In this document: piece after piece, positions 10,001 to 17,704 of the stretch | Layout: each line of letters opens with the position of its first letter | How positions within the stretch are numbered: position 1 is the stretch's first letter | IMG/VR virus record: IMGVR_UViG_3300042261_000976 | Location: 68,627 to 114,058 of that record | Direction: 5' to 3' (one strand) | Source of the DNA: a virus | DNA length: 45,432 bases | Made by a program: the position numbers and the translations under genes | The notes under the pieces: model-generated | What the model saw: the letters and a program-made list of their open reading frames with translations, nothing else | Database searches by the model: none | What the model was told of the DNA's origin: nothing

Positions 10001-11059
10001 ATGACTAACGTTGCACCTTACTTGAATTTTATAAACGAAGACATAGATCCTATGACCGGTGAAGAGAAGAAACCAACTTTTGTAAAAGGAGAAAAGAAAC
10101 TTTTAAAATTATTCATATCTCCAAAATTAAGAGAAATTCTTGGTAAAATGTTAAAGGTTGGGGATTTCCAAGTTAAAGCAGTAGCCAATAGAATAATGGG
10201 ACTTTCAGAAACAGATGAGCTTTTTGATATATCTTATCTAGATGTAGAAAAAGGAAAAGATGACAGCATAACTTATATGCCAGCTAACAGAGTATGGTAT
10301 AAGAAAAATTTTGCAAGTCAAGAAGAAGCCAATAGAGTACCAAGCCCTGATGATGAATCATGGACTGGATCTGGCAGACAAAGTTTATCTATTGGTAAAT
10401 TAATCAATAGATTATTTGATAATTTCACAGACTTGTCTGTTCAAAAGTTTGTTAACGCTTATAAGGCTGAAATAGCAGCAACATTAATTTATAATAGATT
10501 TCAAGTGGTTAGAGGTGAGGATATTAGATATTGGTATAGTGAAAAACGTTTAGCTTCAACAGACGGTAATCTTGGTGGTTCTTGTATGAAATATGACAAT
10601 TCACAAAGAAATTGTCAGCCTTATTTTGAAATTTATGTTCAAAATCCAGAAAAGTGTGGTTTAGTTATATTAACAAATACAGATAATAAATTAATAGGAA
10701 GAGCTTTATTGTGGTCAGATTTAAGAAAACCAACAGGTAAAATTTTTATGGATAGAATTTATACTATAAAACAGTCTGACGAAGAATTGTTTAAAAAGTA
10801 CGCAGTGGAAAACGGATGGCTACATAAAGCAAGACAAGAAGCTCATAACGCCGCTTATGTTGAAGATGGTCAAGTAGTAAACAAATCAATAGCTTTACAG
10901 TTGAAACCAAAACAATATAAACAATATCCTTATATGGACACATTAAAATTCTATAATCCTGGTACAGGAAGATTAGCATCAGATCCTGGTAATCCAGTAC
11001 CTGGAATGCATAGATATAGATTAGAAAACGCAGACGGACAATCTCAAAGAATTGATTAA
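10001..11059 (+). CDS. Tandem paralog family member 2
   Basis: Same conserved blocks: MPANRV, GRQSLSIGKLINRLF, VVRGEDIRYWY, GGSCMKY, NPEKCGLVIL, GRALLW, MDRIYT, LKPKQYKQYPYMDT, TGRLAS. N-terminus MTNVAPYLNFINED (Y..FI.E, CTS-like). Confidence 0.55.
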   Translation: MTNVAPYLNFINEDIDPMTGEEKKPTFVKGEKKLLKLFISPKLREILGKMLKVGDFQVKAVANRIMGLSETDELFDISYLDVEKGKDDSITYMPANRVWYKKNFASQEEANRVPSPDDESWTGSGRQSLSIGKLINRLFDNFTDLSVQKFVNAYKAEIAATLIYNRFQVVRGEDIRYWYSEKRLASTDGNLGGSCMKYDNSQRNCQPYFEIYVQNPEKCGLVILTNTDNKLIGRALLWSDLRKPTGKIFMDRIYTIKQSDEELFKKYAVENGWLHKARQEAHNAAYVEDGQVVNKSIALQLKPKQYKQYPYMDTLKFYNPGTGRLASDPGNPVPGMHRYRLENADGQSQRID

Positions 11060-11074
11060 AAAAATATATAAAAA

Positions 11075-12166
11075 GTGGGAATTAAAAATTATACAGGTTA
11101 CATACTAAATGAGCAAGAGATTAACTTAAAAGATTCTCTTATGTTCTTTTCTCCGAAGTTTATATCTTTAATAAAAAAGATAAATTCTCCAATAACTAAG
11201 GATCTTATGGATTTATTGGACAATAGAGAATCAAGATTTCCTTTTTCTTATATAAATTTAAATGATGATATAGATTTTATAAGTGTAATGCCAGCAAATA
11301 GAATTGGTAGAATAGAAGGAATTACCCAGAAAGATTTAGAAAATCCGGATCCTAATAGTCCTGTATGGAACGAAAAGGGAAGACAAGTAATGAGGATAGG
11401 TGCTTTTGTAACTAGACTATTTCCAAAATATGCTGGCACAAAAGATCTAGAGAATTTTGTACAACAAATAAAAGGTATTCGTGATGCTGAAAATTATACT
11501 ATTAGATTAGTAAGAGGCGAAGAATTAAGAGCTTGGTATCACGTTAAAACATATTATAATCCTCATCCAGGAATGGAAGATCCTCCTGAAGATGAAGGTG
11601 TGATGGATATAAGAACGCCATTGATGAAATCATGTTTGAAACAACCAGAGAAACAACATTTCTTTGATATGTATGTTGAAAATCCAGATAAAGTTGGACT
11701 ATTAATAATGACAAATACAGATAATAAATTAGTTTGTAGAGCTCTTGTTTGGTTTGATGTATATATGGTAGATAATCCACAAAATCCCACAAAGGGCACT
11801 ATAATGGATAGAATATATTATACTCAAGAATCAGATGTGCATATATTTATAAATTACGCTAAAGAACATGGATGGTGGTATAAAACAAATCAAGCTAAGG
11901 GATGTGAAACTTATGTTGTTAATGGTCAAGTAATGGACAAACCATTAAGAACACAATTACCACATCATAGAATGTTTGCAAAATTCCCTTATATGGATAC
12001 ATTTTGTTATTATTCGCCAGATACAGGAAGATTAGCATCAACTAGAGGAAAACCAGCCAAGAATATGACTGGAAAGACTATAGGAGAATGCCCAGCAGGA
12101 AACTTTTTTGATAGATACTTATTACAGAAGGCCAATGGTGGTTTCAAAAAATTGCTTCCTAAATAA
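11075..12166 (+). CDS. Tandem paralog family member 3 (most diverged)
   Basis: MPANRI, GRQVMRIGAFVTRLF, LVRGEELRAWY, KSCLK, NPDKVGLLIM, CRALVW, MDRIYYT, FAKFPYMDT, TGRLAS. N-terminus MGIKNYTGYILNEQE. Confidence 0.55.
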   Translation: MGIKNYTGYILNEQEINLKDSLMFFSPKFISLIKKINSPITKDLMDLLDNRESRFPFSYINLNDDIDFISVMPANRIGRIEGITQKDLENPDPNSPVWNEKGRQVMRIGAFVTRLFPKYAGTKDLENFVQQIKGIRDAENYTIRLVRGEELRAWYHVKTYYNPHPGMEDPPEDEGVMDIRTPLMKSCLKQPEKQHFFDMYVENPDKVGLLIMTNTDNKLVCRALVWFDVYMVDNPQNPTKGTIMDRIYYTQESDVHIFINYAKEHGWWYKTNQAKGCETYVVNGQVMDKPLRTQLPHHRMFAKFPYMDTFCYYSPDTGRLASTRGKPAKNMTGKTIGECPAGNFFDRYLLQKANGGFKKLLPK

Positions 12167-12180
12167 TAAACTAAAGATAA

Positions 12181-13122
12181 ATGATTATCTATAATTATAA
12201 CAGTTTTCTAAATGAAGCAAAAGAAGTAGTTTTAGATATTTCTGATAAATTACAGAAAGTTCTAAAATCCATGAAGGATCCTATAGCAGAGGCTATATTA
12301 AAAGTATCAGTACACGGTGATACACCAGGAGTTTATGATATAGCCTATTTAGATTATTTCGACGAGAAAGATAAAAATGATAAAATTTCTTTCCTTCCAG
12401 CCAATAAAATAAGTCCTGATCTAGTTGGGGATCCTTTTAAGGCAAAGGGCAGACAAGAGATGTCAGTTGGTAGAATTGTAAATAAATTATTTCCAGAAAA
12501 ATTCACTCAACCACAAATAGAAGCTTTTGTTAATGACTTTAAGGCATCCTTGAAAAAATTCTTTATAAATTTACAATTGGTTCAGGGTGAAGAAATAAGG
12601 TATTGGTATTTAGAAACACGTTATGCTTCAAGAGCAGGTGATATTAATAGTTCGTGTATGAGAGGTCAAAAAGCTCAAACATTTTTTGATATTTATTGTA
12701 ATAATCCAGAAAAATGTAAATTGCTAATATTAAAAAATGATGACAATTTATTAATGGGTAGAGCTTTAGTTTGGTTTGAAATGCGTAAACCAACCGGGAG
12801 AGTTTATATGGATAGAATTTACACAATAAACGACGCAGATAAAAAATTATACATAGACCACGCTATAGCAAATAATTGGTTATATAAGAATAAACAAGTA
12901 ATGCATGATGCTTCTTATATAGATAATGGAAAACTAGTTTATAGTTCAGTAGCTATTCAATTAAAACCAGTGGAATATAAACAATATCCGTCTCTGGATA
13001 CTTTGAGTTATTATACTCCAAGCACAGGCAGATTGGGAAGTAACGCTGGAAATTATGTTCCAGGACATCCACGTTATCAATTAAATAGCACCACTGGAGG
13101 AGCAGCAAAAATAGATAGATAA
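12181..13122 (+). CDS. Tandem paralog family member 4
   Basis: LPANKI, GRQEMSVGRIVNKLF, LVQGEEIRYWY, SSCMRG, NPEKCKLLIL, GRALVWF, MDRIYT, LKPVEYKQYPSLDT, TGRLGS. N-terminus MIIYNYNSFLNEAKE (Y..FLNE). Confidence 0.55.
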   Translation: MIIYNYNSFLNEAKEVVLDISDKLQKVLKSMKDPIAEAILKVSVHGDTPGVYDIAYLDYFDEKDKNDKISFLPANKISPDLVGDPFKAKGRQEMSVGRIVNKLFPEKFTQPQIEAFVNDFKASLKKFFINLQLVQGEEIRYWYLETRYASRAGDINSSCMRGQKAQTFFDIYCNNPEKCKLLILKNDDNLLMGRALVWFEMRKPTGRVYMDRIYTINDADKKLYIDHAIANNWLYKNKQVMHDASYIDNGKLVYSSVAIQLKPVEYKQYPSLDTLSYYTPSTGRLGSNAGNYVPGHPRYQLNSTTGGAAKIDR

Positions 13123-13166
13123 TTGAAAATTTATTAACATTTATTAAAAAAATAAATTCATATTAA

Positions 13167-13424
13167 ATGGATTGTGAAATCAATTTGTCCAAATTTAAGG
13201 ACATTGTGGATAACATAATCAGAACAGAAGATGATTACCATAACAGTAATCTTACACTCTATTATAGAGTTATTCCTGATAAAAAAGATGTAATGCGTAT
13301 AATAAGGTACTTAAATTGTACCAGTTGGAATAATTTTAAATTTAATCAATATAGTGTAAAACAAAGAGAATCTGATTATATTATTACACTAGGCTACGTC
13401 AGGCCAACGTTTTTTGCCAAATAA
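13167..13424 (+). CDS. Hypothetical small protein (85 aa)
   Basis: ATG in a TAAATG context, fills the gap between annotated genes, no recognisable motif. Confidence 0.3.
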   Translation: MDCEINLSKFKDIVDNIIRTEDDYHNSNLTLYYRVIPDKKDVMRIIRYLNCTSWNNFKFNQYSVKQRESDYIITLGYVRPTFFAK

Positions 13425-13466
13425 GACAATATATTTATAATATATATTTGGCAAAAAGCTTTTCAT

Positions 13467-13706
13467 ATGACTGCCACAGATAACGTTTTTTATATTTTTA
13501 TCGAAGAACAAGGCGAAAAATGCGTTATTAAAATCGTTCAAAACTTCGAATGGTTCGTTATGATCATTAGCGGGAATGAACCAACTGATTTAGAATATTC
13601 CTATTCTAATAAATTCATTATTGACGATATCATAGACGATCTCAGAAACAAATACGATTATGTCGAAGAAATTTCTTTCAACGATATCGACGATTACATG
13701 TCCTAA
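13467..13706 (+). CDS. Hypothetical small acidic protein (79 aa)
   Basis: ATG start and acidic C-terminus (DDIIDDLRNKYDYVEEISFNDIDDYMS). A fully overlapping antisense ORF (13590..13895) was judged spurious. Confidence 0.3.
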   Translation: MTATDNVFYIFIEEQGEKCVIKIVQNFEWFVMIISGNEPTDLEYSYSNKFIIDDIIDDLRNKYDYVEEISFNDIDDYMS

Positions 13707-13781
13707 TTCTGGAAAAATTCCATCTTTTTTTGTTAATATATATTTTTGTATTGTACCAAAAAAATACAAAATGTAAAAGAT

Positions 13782-14171
13782 ATGAGAACAAATGAATGTA
13801 ATGATCCAGTTTTCAAAGAAAAAGGCATTAATACCAAATTGAACAATCTTCTTGGTTTCGATGATTTTAAAAAGACATTTAAACCAAAAGAACAAAAATC
13901 AACAAAGAGGACTGATGTTGGTTTAGATATAATAAATGAACAACACGAAAATGAAGAAATAGGAGTAGGTGACACAGTATTATTCACAAAACCCAATTTA
14001 AGAATAATGAATGCTCCAGCATATGGTACAATAGAAAAAAGAAATGGAAAAACAACAACCGGGAAAAAGAAATGGACCGTTCGTTTTGATGACCCTCAAG
14101 TATTGAAAGGATTCAAAATAAAAGGAGGATTAAGATTAACTATTTCAGAAACTCAATTAAAAAAACAATAA
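13782..14171 (+). CDS. Hypothetical basic protein (~129 aa from the ATG; the track ORF begins at a TTG at 13746)
   Basis: The track start at 13746 is TTG. The first in-frame ATG is at 13782 (MRTNECND...). Lys-rich; no recognised domain. Confidence 0.3.
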   Translation: MRTNECNDPVFKEKGINTKLNNLLGFDDFKKTFKPKEQKSTKRTDVGLDIINEQHENEEIGVGDTVLFTKPNLRIMNAPAYGTIEKRNGKTTTGKKKWTVRFDDPQVLKGFKIKGGLRLTISETQLKKQ

Positions 14172-14190
14172 AAAAATAATATAGATAAAT

Positions 14191-15480
14191 ATGAAAAACT
14201 TCAAATTAGAATTATTTAACTTTAAGAATAGGTTGACATTTGATCAATCTGATATTTCGAGTTTAGTAGAAGGATTTATTATCAATTGCGATAACTTTTC
14301 TGAAAAAGAATTAGTTAAATCCTTAAACGAGAAACTTATTAAATACACATATGATTATGATGTAAAATTATTCCTAGAAGGATTAGATAGTGAAATAAAA
14401 TCTTATCCTTTGGTTTATGAATTAAAAGATCTTTATAAAAGAGTTGAAAGAGAAAATCAAGGTATGTTATACCGTCAACCTCTCAATACAATTCTTGAGA
14501 TTATAAACAAATCAGACGATGATGCTAGAATGGAATCTATTCTTAATGAGCTTCGTATGTATGATTGGGTTCCTCAAATTAAGAGCTTTGTATTCAATTT
14601 AACAAGATCCCCATTAGAAAGACAAAATATGTCAAATAGTGGTAAGGGAGAAAAAGTTTATACCATTGTAGAAAAGGTTGATAATGGATATATGGCATTT
14701 GTAAGCGATAGATGGTTTTTAATCGATGATAAAGAAGTAAAACAAGTTTTAGCAGAAGATTACATCAATGATGATGACAAAATTCAAGAAATTAGAATTC
14801 TCGAACAATGTATGAAACTATCAACAATCGAAAATGATAAGGTATCTTTTAAAATTGACGAAAATGTAATGTTAAGCCTTTCTACAAAAAATGATAAATC
14901 AATGTTTATTAACGAAGATAAATTGGATTCAGAAACAACACTCGAAAACGTTTTCAATTCGCCTATCATTCCTTATTTAAAGAAAGATTATTTCTTATTA
15001 ATCAATACATTGAAGGAAAATTTAAATAACCTCGTTGAATTAGATATTGCTGTAAAAATAACAAACATTCTTAATCCTTATTTAGAGGCATATGCTTTCA
15101 ATTATAAAGATAAAATGTATTTATACAACAAGGACATTCGTACAGGCAGTTCATTTTATCAATATGAATCAGTTAACGAACTTATCACAGACGTAAAGAA
15201 AGATCTCGACTTTGACTTAACTCATTTCTTTGAAAACAAACTTTCAAGAGAATTAAAGCAATTGAAGACTTTAGAAGATAAAGAAAAATCTATAGAACTT
15301 AAGATAAAGGATATTAATGAGGCAATAGACGAACTAAAGAATGAACAATCATTATTAGAATCTGATAAATCTCTTAAATTAACTTTTGACAATTTATTAA
15401 TTCATAGACATAATTTATACAAAGAATTAAATGCTACAAAAGACGAAAAAATTCAATTTAAGAAGACCCTAGTTAGGTAA
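14191..15480 (+). CDS. Hypothetical 429-aa protein with C-terminal coiled-coil; possibly head- or assembly-associated
   Basis: Clean ATG start. C-terminal 90 aa are heptad-like and K/E-rich (LKTLEDKEKSIELKIKDINEAIDELKNEQSLLESDKSLK). N-terminus MKNFKLELFNF loosely resembles the T4 Alt CTS MELITELFDE. Followed by a strong terminator. Confidence 0.35.
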   Translation: MKNFKLELFNFKNRLTFDQSDISSLVEGFIINCDNFSEKELVKSLNEKLIKYTYDYDVKLFLEGLDSEIKSYPLVYELKDLYKRVERENQGMLYRQPLNTILEIINKSDDDARMESILNELRMYDWVPQIKSFVFNLTRSPLERQNMSNSGKGEKVYTIVEKVDNGYMAFVSDRWFLIDDKEVKQVLAEDYINDDDKIQEIRILEQCMKLSTIENDKVSFKIDENVMLSLSTKNDKSMFINEDKLDSETTLENVFNSPIIPYLKKDYFLLINTLKENLNNLVELDIAVKITNILNPYLEAYAFNYKDKMYLYNKDIRTGSSFYQYESVNELITDVKKDLDFDLTHFFENKLSRELKQLKTLEDKEKSIELKIKDINEAIDELKNEQSLLESDKSLKLTFDNLLIHRHNLYKELNATKDEKIQFKKTLVR

Positions 15481-15500
15481 TTATTAAGCACTTAAATGAA

Positions 15501-15539
15501 AATGCCCATATTTATTAATAAAATATGGGCATTTTTTTC
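15501..15539 (+). terminator. Rho-independent terminator
   Basis: AATGCCCATAT-loop(TTATTAATAAA)-ATATGGGCATT followed by TTTTTTT, 20 nt after the stop of 14191..15480. Confidence 0.7.
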
Positions 15540-15708
15540 AAACTTTTTAATTCACTGCGAGTATAAGGTTCAATTTGATTATTAAAGCGTTACGAGCATT
15601 CTAGCAATATTAAGCATTTCCTAATAAATTCAAGCCTTTCAGCCATCCTAGCTTGTTAATTTTTTAACATTTTATTTTTTAAGAATTCCAAAAAAATAAT
15701 AATAATGC

Positions 15709-16083
15709 ATGGCAAATTATCTTGAAGATAGTGAACTCTTCTATGAGATTGTTTTATCTAAGGGCAAAGGAGTATTAACAAAAAAAGCTGAACATATGTT
15801 CATATTAATTGGGGAAAATATGATTCGTAAAAAGAATAATATGTATAAAACCCAAGATGATAAAAATGATTGTTTACAAACAGGATTATTATTCATGTTT
15901 GAGAAGTGGATGAATTTCAACGAAAAAAAGTATAAATTGGCACTTCCTTATTTTTCAGAAATTTTTAAAAGAGGTATGGCTCAGGGATACAACGATCTCA
16001 CAAATAAAAAGACTAATCAAGAAAGAATAACAATGATTAGTCTTGATTCTTGTAATGACGGGGAAGGATTTCACAATTTTTAA
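15709..16083 (+). CDS. Candidate late-transcription sigma factor (T4 gp55-like)
   Basis: By-eye alignment to T4 gp55: ELFYEIV vs ELLQAII; FNEKKYKLALPYFSEIFKRGMAQ vs [23 protein letters not shown]. Sits immediately upstream of the head gene module, as late regulators do in T4-like phages. It is shorter than T4 gp55 (124 vs 185 aa). Confidence 0.4.
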   Translation: MANYLEDSELFYEIVLSKGKGVLTKKAEHMFILIGENMIRKKNNMYKTQDDKNDCLQTGLLFMFEKWMNFNEKKYKLALPYFSEIFKRGMAQGYNDLTNKKTNQERITMISLDSCNDGEGFHNF

Positions 16084-16098
16084 AAAAAATATTATATT

Positions 16099-16620
16099 AT
16101 GGGATATAGAGCTAAACCAAATTCACCAAAAAGAGCAGACGGTAAAGATAAATACAATCAAGGTCCATATCATTTAATAAATCCAGGCAAATATCTCGGA
16201 GATCCTGAATGTATATGGTATAGAAGTGGTTGGGAATATAAAATGTATTTTTTCCTAGATAATGAACCAAGAGTTGTTCATTGGAACGTAGAAGGAATGA
16301 CTATTCCATACGAAATACAAGTAAATGAAAAATGGGAAACTAGGAGATATCATCCAGATTTTTACGCAGAAATTCAACAGCTAGATGGTTCTTTAAAAAA
16401 AGTAGCAGTTGAAATTAAACCGCATAAAGAAACAGTACCTCCAGAAATGCCTAAAAAAATAACAGCTAAATCATTAGAAAACCACGAATATAGAATGAAA
16501 TTATTTCTTATAAATTTCAATAAATGGAAAGCAGCCAAGGCATTTTGTAACAAAAGAGGAATAGAATTTCATGTGATGGATGAAACATTTTTTAATGATC
16601 ATTCTGTGAAAATATTTTAA
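16099..16620 (+). CDS. PD-(D/E)xK nuclease-fold protein (TnsA-like endonuclease domain)
   Basis: Motif ...E.K.YF.L......V..W.......YHPDFYAEI......KKVAVEIKP...: an Asp in YHPDF and an E-x-K in VEIKP with TnsA/restriction-endonuclease-like spacing. Confidence 0.3.
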   Translation: MGYRAKPNSPKRADGKDKYNQGPYHLINPGKYLGDPECIWYRSGWEYKMYFFLDNEPRVVHWNVEGMTIPYEIQVNEKWETRRYHPDFYAEIQQLDGSLKKVAVEIKPHKETVPPEMPKKITAKSLENHEYRMKLFLINFNKWKAAKAFCNKRGIEFHVMDETFFNDHSVKIF

Positions 16621-16623
16621 TCT

Positions 16624-17382
16624 ATGACAGAAACATTCGCGACATATTGTTACGCATTAATGGGTCAATACAATAATAACATGAAAAAATTGGCCGATGA
16701 TTCTACTGAAATGATATTTAATTTAGTTTTAAAAAATCCAAATTTACAAATCAGAAGACCTAAAAATTATATCATAACTATAGGCAAATTTTATATCATT
16801 CAATATGATTATAATGGTAATAAAATATGGTGTCCTATTCTTGTTATAGATGATAGATATAATACAGAATTACAAAAAAGAATTTTATACGCTGTAAATT
16901 TCGATTACCTACCTTATAGATATAAAATACTTTTTATTGATAAACTATTTTCGATGTTTAAAACAGAAATACAAAAACATAAAGAAAATAATGATAAAGG
17001 AAATCTTGTTGATGAAGAAAATCCATTAAAAATTAATTTTGAATCAGTATATAAAACACTAAAAACTAATGGCGGATTTAATTATTGTATAACAGCTTTC
17101 GATTATACTAAGATAGTTGGTATAAAACTTGGAGATCCTAAAATATATGCTGTTTCTACTACTATAGTAAATAGATTAATTTTCATAGATACAAAAATAA
17201 TCAATAAGAGAGTTATGATGGATGCTCTAAAAGAAACAGACATAGAAATAGAAAAAGAAAAGTTATCTAAAATTTTAGAGGCTTATGAGAAAACGGCTTT
17301 TGATTATGAAAATGATGTTAAGGAATATTATGAACAACTTCGACAATTAGAAAACCATTATAAAATATATGAAAATCAATAA
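16624..17382 (+). CDS. Hypothetical protein (252 aa)
   Basis: Start 4 nt after the previous stop. No recognisable motif. By position (just upstream of the portal) it could be neck or head-associated, but this is unsupported by sequence. Confidence 0.3.
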   Translation: MTETFATYCYALMGQYNNNMKKLADDSTEMIFNLVLKNPNLQIRRPKNYIITIGKFYIIQYDYNGNKIWCPILVIDDRYNTELQKRILYAVNFDYLPYRYKILFIDKLFSMFKTEIQKHKENNDKGNLVDEENPLKINFESVYKTLKTNGGFNYCITAFDYTKIVGIKLGDPKIYAVSTTIVNRLIFIDTKIINKRVMMDALKETDIEIEKEKLSKILEAYEKTAFDYENDVKEYYEQLRQLENHYKIYENQ

Positions 17383-17419
17383 AAACATTTTTGACATAAA
17401 AGATTTTATATATAGATAC

Positions 17420-17686
17420 ATGAAAACTTTTGAACAATTTGAAATTGATCCTTATGGTGAAGAAAATTGGAACGAAAAACAACCAAGATATGAAATTGGA
17501 GATGGAATAAGAATTAATGGATTGTTTCTAAGAATTTCTAGTTATAGAATGAGAGATGATGGTTATTACTGGTATGATTTAGAAGATGAAAGAAACTATA
17601 TAAGTAGAAGAGAGGATGTATTGAATCATATTAAACATCCTGAATGGTCGATTCAGAAATGTCTTAACCCATCAATAGAGGATTAA
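17420..17686 (+). CDS. Small protein with CTS-like N-terminus immediately followed by the DPYGEENW motif; candidate internal head protein
   Basis: The track ORF starts at 17369 and overlaps the upstream gene. The internal ATG at 17420 gives MKTFEQFEIDPYGEENW..., closely matching the T4 capsid-targeting sequence MKTYQEFIAE, and removes the overlap. Confidence 0.4.
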   Translation: MKTFEQFEIDPYGEENWNEKQPRYEIGDGIRINGLFLRISSYRMRDDGYYWYDLEDERNYISRREDVLNHIKHPEWSIQKCLNPSIED

Positions 17687-17704
17687 AAAAAATTAAAATT
17701 ATAA

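Noticed and set aside
8946-13122. Alt-like ADP-ribosyltransferase identity for the four-paralog family
   Set aside because: A conserved Arg (DIRYWY) and Ser (SCM) can be lined up with the R and S-T-S elements of the R-S-E signature. But no conserved Q/E-x-E catalytic motif follows, so the assignment is not supported.
6721-13996. Short antisense or embedded ORFs (6721..6978, 7898..8113, 8297..8527, 9149..9343, 9319..9519, 10791..10979, 11248..11439, 11544..11799, 12644..12826, 13590..13996)
   Set aside because: They are fully nested in or antisense to long well-supported genes, have low-complexity AT-codon composition, and have no start context. Expected by chance in AT-rich DNA.
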